Positions 60,701-64,000 of a DNA stretch of 64,000 nucleotides are shown in pieces. The position numbers and the translations under genes are program-made. The notes beneath the pieces are model-generated. The model saw only the letters and a list, made by a program, of their open reading frames with translations, ran no database searches and had not been told where the DNA came from. Positions within the stretch are counted from its first letter, which is position 1; every line of letters starts with the position of its first letter. The stretch comes from Candidatus Omnitrophota bacterium (lineage in GTDB: Bacteria > Omnitrophota > Omnitrophia > Omnitrophales > Aquincolibacteriaceae), in NCBI GenBank assembly GCA_043821445.1, contig JBDRCT010000029.1:7317-71316 (forward strand), given 5' to 3'.

Positions 60701-61248
60701 AGTGTTATTCCGAGGGTAATGACCTGGTGGTGTTGGATGGGTCCGCTCAGAATGAATTGACCCGATTCACATTTCCCCGGCAATCACGGGAGCCTTACCA
60801 GTGTATTGCGGATTTCTTTAGACCGAAGGGAGAAGAGCCTGATATTGTCGCTTTTCACGCGGTGACCGTGGGTAAGCGTGCCAGTGAGATGGAGAAAAAA
60901 CTTTTTAAGGCAAATAAGTATTCGGAATACCTTTATCTTCACGGACTCTCCGTGGAGGCTACCGAGGCTTTGGCCGAGTATACGCATCTTCTGATCCGTC
61001 GTAATCTTGGGATCGATAAGCGGGACAAACGCACCAAAGATGAGATTTTCCGGCAAGGGTATCAGGGGTCGCGTTATAGTTTCGGGTATCCCGCCTGTCC
61101 GAATCTTGCGGACCAGAAAAAACTTTTCCATCTCCTTCCTGTGGAAAAGATCGGGATCACCCTGAGTGAGATCTTCCAGATGGTACCGGAGCAATCCACC
61201 TCCGCTGTCATTGTTCATCATCTGCAGGCAAAATATTTCAGCGTGTAA
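57796..61248 (+). CDS. metH: B12-dependent methionine synthase
   Basis: DGA.GT, NCATGP, PNAGLP, GGCCGTTP, VKGDVHDIGKN, RYSFGYPACP. Confidence 0.97.
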   Translation: MTHPFLKRLNEKILVFDGALGTNLQTLGLTPQDFGGKDGCNEYLVITKPDAIQSVHESFLKAGCDVIETDTFGSNRIVLTEYGLEDRVVELNERAARLAKALAQKYSSPDHPRFVVGAVGPGTKLPSLGHIGFNELKECYKEQYKGLIAGGVDGLLIETCQDLLQTKIAIIAAVEYFKETGRRLPLMAQVTLEPTGTMLLGTDIHAVIATLEMFPVDVIGMNCATGPAEMTEHIRTLCESSVKHISVLPNAGLPENVGGVAHYHLTPTELADFHERFVKEFGVSVVGGCCGTTPEHLKAVVDRVGKCIPKKRTPKHEPSCASLYGISAFAQKPAPLLVGEQANANGSKKFKQLLEHEDYDAIVDVAREAVKEGAHLVDLCVAYVGRDEKKDMGEVIRRFNQHVTVPVMIDSTEYVVIEEALKRVAGKPVINSINLEDGGERLRKICPMAKKYGAALVALTIDEKGMAKTREEKLRIAKRIYQIVTQQYGIRPEDLFFDLLTFTVGSGSEEFRNAAPETIAAIRRLKKELPDVHTILGISNISFGLAPHARQVLNSVFLHECVEAGLDAAIVHAQKIVPIFKIAADDLEIARRLLHNKWIGGKDPLQEYIVHFSGKRGTAGRPREKTCAVEETLKNHILDGSSDDLALHLDEALKKYKPLEIINELLLDGMKVVGELFGTGKMQLPFVLQSAEVMKKAVAYLEKFMDKTEGQERGRIVLATVKGDVHDIGKNLVDIILTNNGYKVFNIGIKQPVEAIMKAAIENRADAIGLSGLLVKSTLIMKEDLEEMSRRGIKLPVICGGAALTERYVERDLTPVYQGAVYYGRDAFSGLKIMEGIKQGSAPDKQEVKTSAPVISASPTPPPKAMPPRSSATNIIKGPSFHIHRDNPIPKPPFFGYRILKSLRMQDVFPWINKIALYRAQWQFKQGDRTPREFELYLQENVEPIFERFKARTVREKILEPKVIYGFYKCYSEGNDLVVLDGSAQNELTRFTFPRQSREPYQCIADFFRPKGEEPDIVAFHAVTVGKRASEMEKKLFKANKYSEYLYLHGLSVEATEALAEYTHLLIRRNLGIDKRDKRTKDEIFRQGYQGSRYSFGYPACPNLADQKKLFHLLPVEKIGITLSEIFQMVPEQSTSAVIVHHLQAKYFSV

Positions 61249-61342
61249 ACAGACTCGCTTCTTGGTAAGTTCGCTCGGGAAACGTCAAACGTTTTGCGCT
61301 AACTGTTTTCTGTTCAACGGAGACGTAGAATATTTAAAGACG

Positions 61343-61380
61343 AAAAACCGGGTTGCTTTTATAAAGCAACCCGGTTTTTT
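61343..61380. terminator. Bidirectional rho-independent terminator between metH and pckG
   Basis: AAAAACCGGGTTGCTTT-TAT-AAAGCAACCCGGTTTTT perfect stem with A/T tails. Confidence 0.88.
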
Positions 61381-61390
61381 GAAAGTGTAC

Positions 61391-63178
61391 TTATTTCGAA
61401 ACGGCTTGTCCCAGTTTTTCAGTCAGCGTCCGGTACTCCTGCCAGATCGCTTCAGGCATATGAGAACCGAATTGTCGAAGGTATTTTTCGATCTCCTGGA
61501 GCTCCTCCGTCCATTCCGAAGGATCTACCGAAAAAAGTTGCTGGATCTTATCCTGCGGGATAGAAAACCCTGAAAGATCAAAATCTTTCATTTCGGGAAT
61601 GATCCCGATCGGGGTTTCTTTGGCGCCGACCTTGCCTTCAATACGATCGATGATCCACTTGATCACGCGGATGTTATCGCCAAAGCCCGGCCAAATGAAT
61701 TTTCCATTTTCATCGGTACGGAACCAATTGATGGAATAGATTTTGGGTTCGTGCTTGAGTCTTTTCCCGAAGTCGAGCCAGTGTCCAAAATAGTCACCCA
61801 TATTGTAGCCACAGAAGGGAAGCATGGCCATGGGATCACGGCGGGTGGCACCTACGGTAAGCGCTGAGGCGGCAGCGGTGATCTCAGAGCCCATGCGTGT
61901 GCCGAAAAACACGCCCTGCTGCCAGTTAAGGGCTTCCGCGACAAGTGGGATGAGTCTTGCGCGTTTCCCGCCAAAAAGGATCGCCGAGATGGGAACGCCT
62001 TGAGGGTTATCAACCTCTTTTGAAAGACTGGGGCAGTTATACATGGAGACCGTGAACCGGGAATTGGGATGCGCAGCCTTTGTCGCCTTGGAAGCGTCCC
62101 ACGGATTTCCCTGCCAGTCTTCAACATGTTGAGGGACCGCTCCGTCCAGGCCTTCCCACCAAGGTTCATTGCTGTCACGATCGATCGCGGTGTTCGTAAA
62201 AAGAGTCGGAAAGAACTTATTGTTCTTGAGCGTTTCGATCATCTTGGGGTTTGTCTTACGGGAAGTTCCCGGCGCGACACCGAAAAATCCAGCTTCGGGA
62301 TTGATTGCGTAAAGACGTCCATCGGGGCCTACATTGAGCCATGCGATATCATCGCCGACAGTCCAGATCTTATAGCCTGGAAGCGCGGATTGCATGAGTG
62401 CCAAATTCGTTTTTCCACAAGCGGAAGGAAGTGCCGCGGCGATGTAAGTGATTTTGCCCTTGGGGTCTTCGATCCCCATAATGAGCATATGCTCTGCGAG
62501 CCAGCCTTCCTTTTTTCCAAGGCAGGATGCGATGCGTAGCGCGAAGCATTTTTTGCCGAGCAGGGCGTTTCCGCCGTAGCCGGAGCCGAAGCTTTGGACA
62601 AGGTTTTCCTTGGGGAAATGCATGATGAAACGTCGTTCGGGATTGAGGTCCCCGATGGAATGGAGACCGCGGACAAAATTTTCGGAGTTTCCGATGCGGT
62701 CAAGAGCTTCTTTTCCCATGCGGGTCATGATGCGCATACTGACGGCAACGTAGCTATTGTCCGTGATTTGCACGCATGCTTTGGCATAGGGAGATTTGGG
62801 ATGTCCCATCATGTAGGGCATGACGTACATGGTGCGGCCTTGCATGCAGCCGTCGAAAAGGGCCGTCATTTTGGCCTTGGCTTCTTTCGGATCCATCCAA
62901 TTGTTGTTGGGTCCCGCCATTTCTTTGTCGGGATGACAGATAAAGGTCAGCTGTTCTGTCCGTGCGACGTCATTGGGATGCGAATGGTGGTAGTAGGCGT
63001 TTGGCCAGTTCTTTTCGTTCAATTTCTCGAAAATAGGTTTTCCGTTGAGGCGTTCTTCTTTGATGCCGATCTCGATCAACTCTTTCGCCTCCGCTTCCGT
63101 GCCGTCACACCAGTAGATCTTGGAAGGTTTGGTCAGTTTTGCTTGTTCTTCTACCCATCGTTCAAGTGGCGTTGCCAT
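61391..63178 (-). CDS. pckG: GTP-dependent phosphoenolpyruvate carboxykinase
   Basis: DVAR.E..T, GSGYGGNALLGKKC, PSACGKTNLA, GDDIAW, INPE.GFFGVAPGT, HPNSRF, DPMAMLPFCGYN. Confidence 0.97.
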   Translation of the reverse strand: MATPLERWVEEQAKLTKPSKIYWCDGTEAEAKELIEIGIKEERLNGKPIFEKLNEKNWPNAYYHHSHPNDVARTEQLTFICHPDKEMAGPNNNWMDPKEAKAKMTALFDGCMQGRTMYVMPYMMGHPKSPYAKACVQITDNSYVAVSMRIMTRMGKEALDRIGNSENFVRGLHSIGDLNPERRFIMHFPKENLVQSFGSGYGGNALLGKKCFALRIASCLGKKEGWLAEHMLIMGIEDPKGKITYIAAALPSACGKTNLALMQSALPGYKIWTVGDDIAWLNVGPDGRLYAINPEAGFFGVAPGTSRKTNPKMIETLKNNKFFPTLFTNTAIDRDSNEPWWEGLDGAVPQHVEDWQGNPWDASKATKAAHPNSRFTVSMYNCPSLSKEVDNPQGVPISAILFGGKRARLIPLVAEALNWQQGVFFGTRMGSEITAAASALTVGATRRDPMAMLPFCGYNMGDYFGHWLDFGKRLKHEPKIYSINWFRTDENGKFIWPGFGDNIRVIKWIIDRIEGKVGAKETPIGIIPEMKDFDLSGFSIPQDKIQQLFSVDPSEWTEELQEIEKYLRQFGSHMPEAIWQEYRTLTEKLGQAVSK

Positions 63179-63275
63179 GGATATGACTCCTTTTGTATAG
63201 GGAATTGGGTTGCCGGTACGGGGTGAAGTCTACCGATGCAGGGTGAATTTGCAAGAAATTTTTGACTATCCTTGT

Positions 63276-64000
63276 CTAAGAAGCTGGATGGGAGGGGGAT
63301 GGAGGATTGTGGGAATGGATAAGTTCCGCGAACTCGTCAGATGTGATGACGTATTTTTTAAGTTCACGAGGTGTTTTACCCCAAACGCTGTATTCCGCCG
63401 CAACGAGGATCTCCTGAGCAGGTCCCGTCTCCATCAGGATCTTGGGAAGATGGACGTCGGCTTGCTGGATGTCTTCCGGCAGGAGGTCAGGATTCGTGAA
63501 TATCTTCCGATGCCATTCGTCCAGGGTTCCTGAGGAAACGGCATTTTTTTTGTCCGTTAAGTAAGAACGATTCTCCTGAAAAACGAGAAGAGGCATCCGT
63601 GAATAAATGACAACATGACCGTGCTTTTTCTTCCGCTTGCGACGGATCATCGCGTCATGAACTTTTTCGACGCTCATCACGACATCCGAACTGAATCGTC
63701 CGATCTTTTGACCGACGTATTTCAAGCCTCTGGAGATTTGCCACCTTAAAAAACCAAGGCCGTCGGCGGCGTAGCCGAGACTTTGGATGCGGGTCGGTTC
63801 CTCGCGCACTGACGAGATCCCCCAATTCAGGGGGGCCATGACAGCGCTGTCCAGGTCATAAAGGATGTCTTCGACCCAGACAACGAGTTTGTAAACGCGG
63901 ACTTGCATGATAGGTGTGATCCCGCCATAGCCGCCGGTCAGGACCGAGCCTAACAACCGGGCATCCGATAAAGAGGCTTGGCGGAGCTGAAGCGCATCCC
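63276..64000 (-). CDS. Hypothetical protein, 3' part (frame open to window edge)
   Basis: Uninterrupted minus-strand frame from 64000 to the stop at 63276; no recognised motifs. Confidence 0.55.
   Translation of the reverse strand, partial: DALQLRQASLSDARLLGSVLTGGYGGITPIMQVRVYKLVVWVEDILYDLDSAVMAPLNWGISSVREEPTRIQSLGYAADGLGFLRWQISRGLKYVGQKIGRFSSDVVMSVEKVHDAMIRRKRKKKHGHVVIYSRMPLLVFQENRSYLTDKKNAVSSGTLDEWHRKIFTNPDLLPEDIQQADVHLPKILMETGPAQEILVAAEYSVWGKTPRELKKYVITSDEFAELIHSHNPPSPSHPAS

Overview
Bacterial chromosome segment from a diderm organism, using the standard genetic code. The gene set and order suggest a PVC-superphylum lineage such as Omnitrophota, which is an inference. The backbone is housekeeping: ribH-nusB-ribD-ribE, an RsbW/STAS pair fused to an mlaEFD operon, trxB, rplU-rpmA-obgE-proB-proA-nadD, two CNNM/CBS genes, acpS, leuS, comEC-bamD-lptE-holA, rpsT, murJ, uvrC, metH and pckG. 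Two accessory regions interrupt it. (1) About 20.1-27.45 kb holds a Slam/T11SS-like TPR-barrel, two FecR-domain proteins, a decayed CHASE2 adenylate cyclase and a dead IS1202/ISNCY-type IS. (2) A 9,980-bp island integrated in tRNA-Leu(CAA) duplicates the 5' half of the tRNA and carries a frameshifted cyclic beta-1,2-glucan synthase plus an integrase relic. The best candidate for an undescribed system is a three-gene module at 17.6-20.1 kb. It encodes a ParA/Soj ATPase that lacks the Soj DNA-binding arginines and is fused to an AMPK-type glycogen-binding CBM48, followed by a degenerate MinD/FlhG-like protein bearing a ParB-like 'L-RGL' activator peptide. This could be a glycan-granule positioning or sensing system. 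Other oddities are a bactofilin-HTH fusion with an HTH-TM partner, tRNA relics (one split by palindromic inserts), an Obg with a non-canonical G3 motif, a ~1000-aa BamD coiled-coil fusion and a mosaic leuS. All calls come from visual motif recognition; no searches were run.
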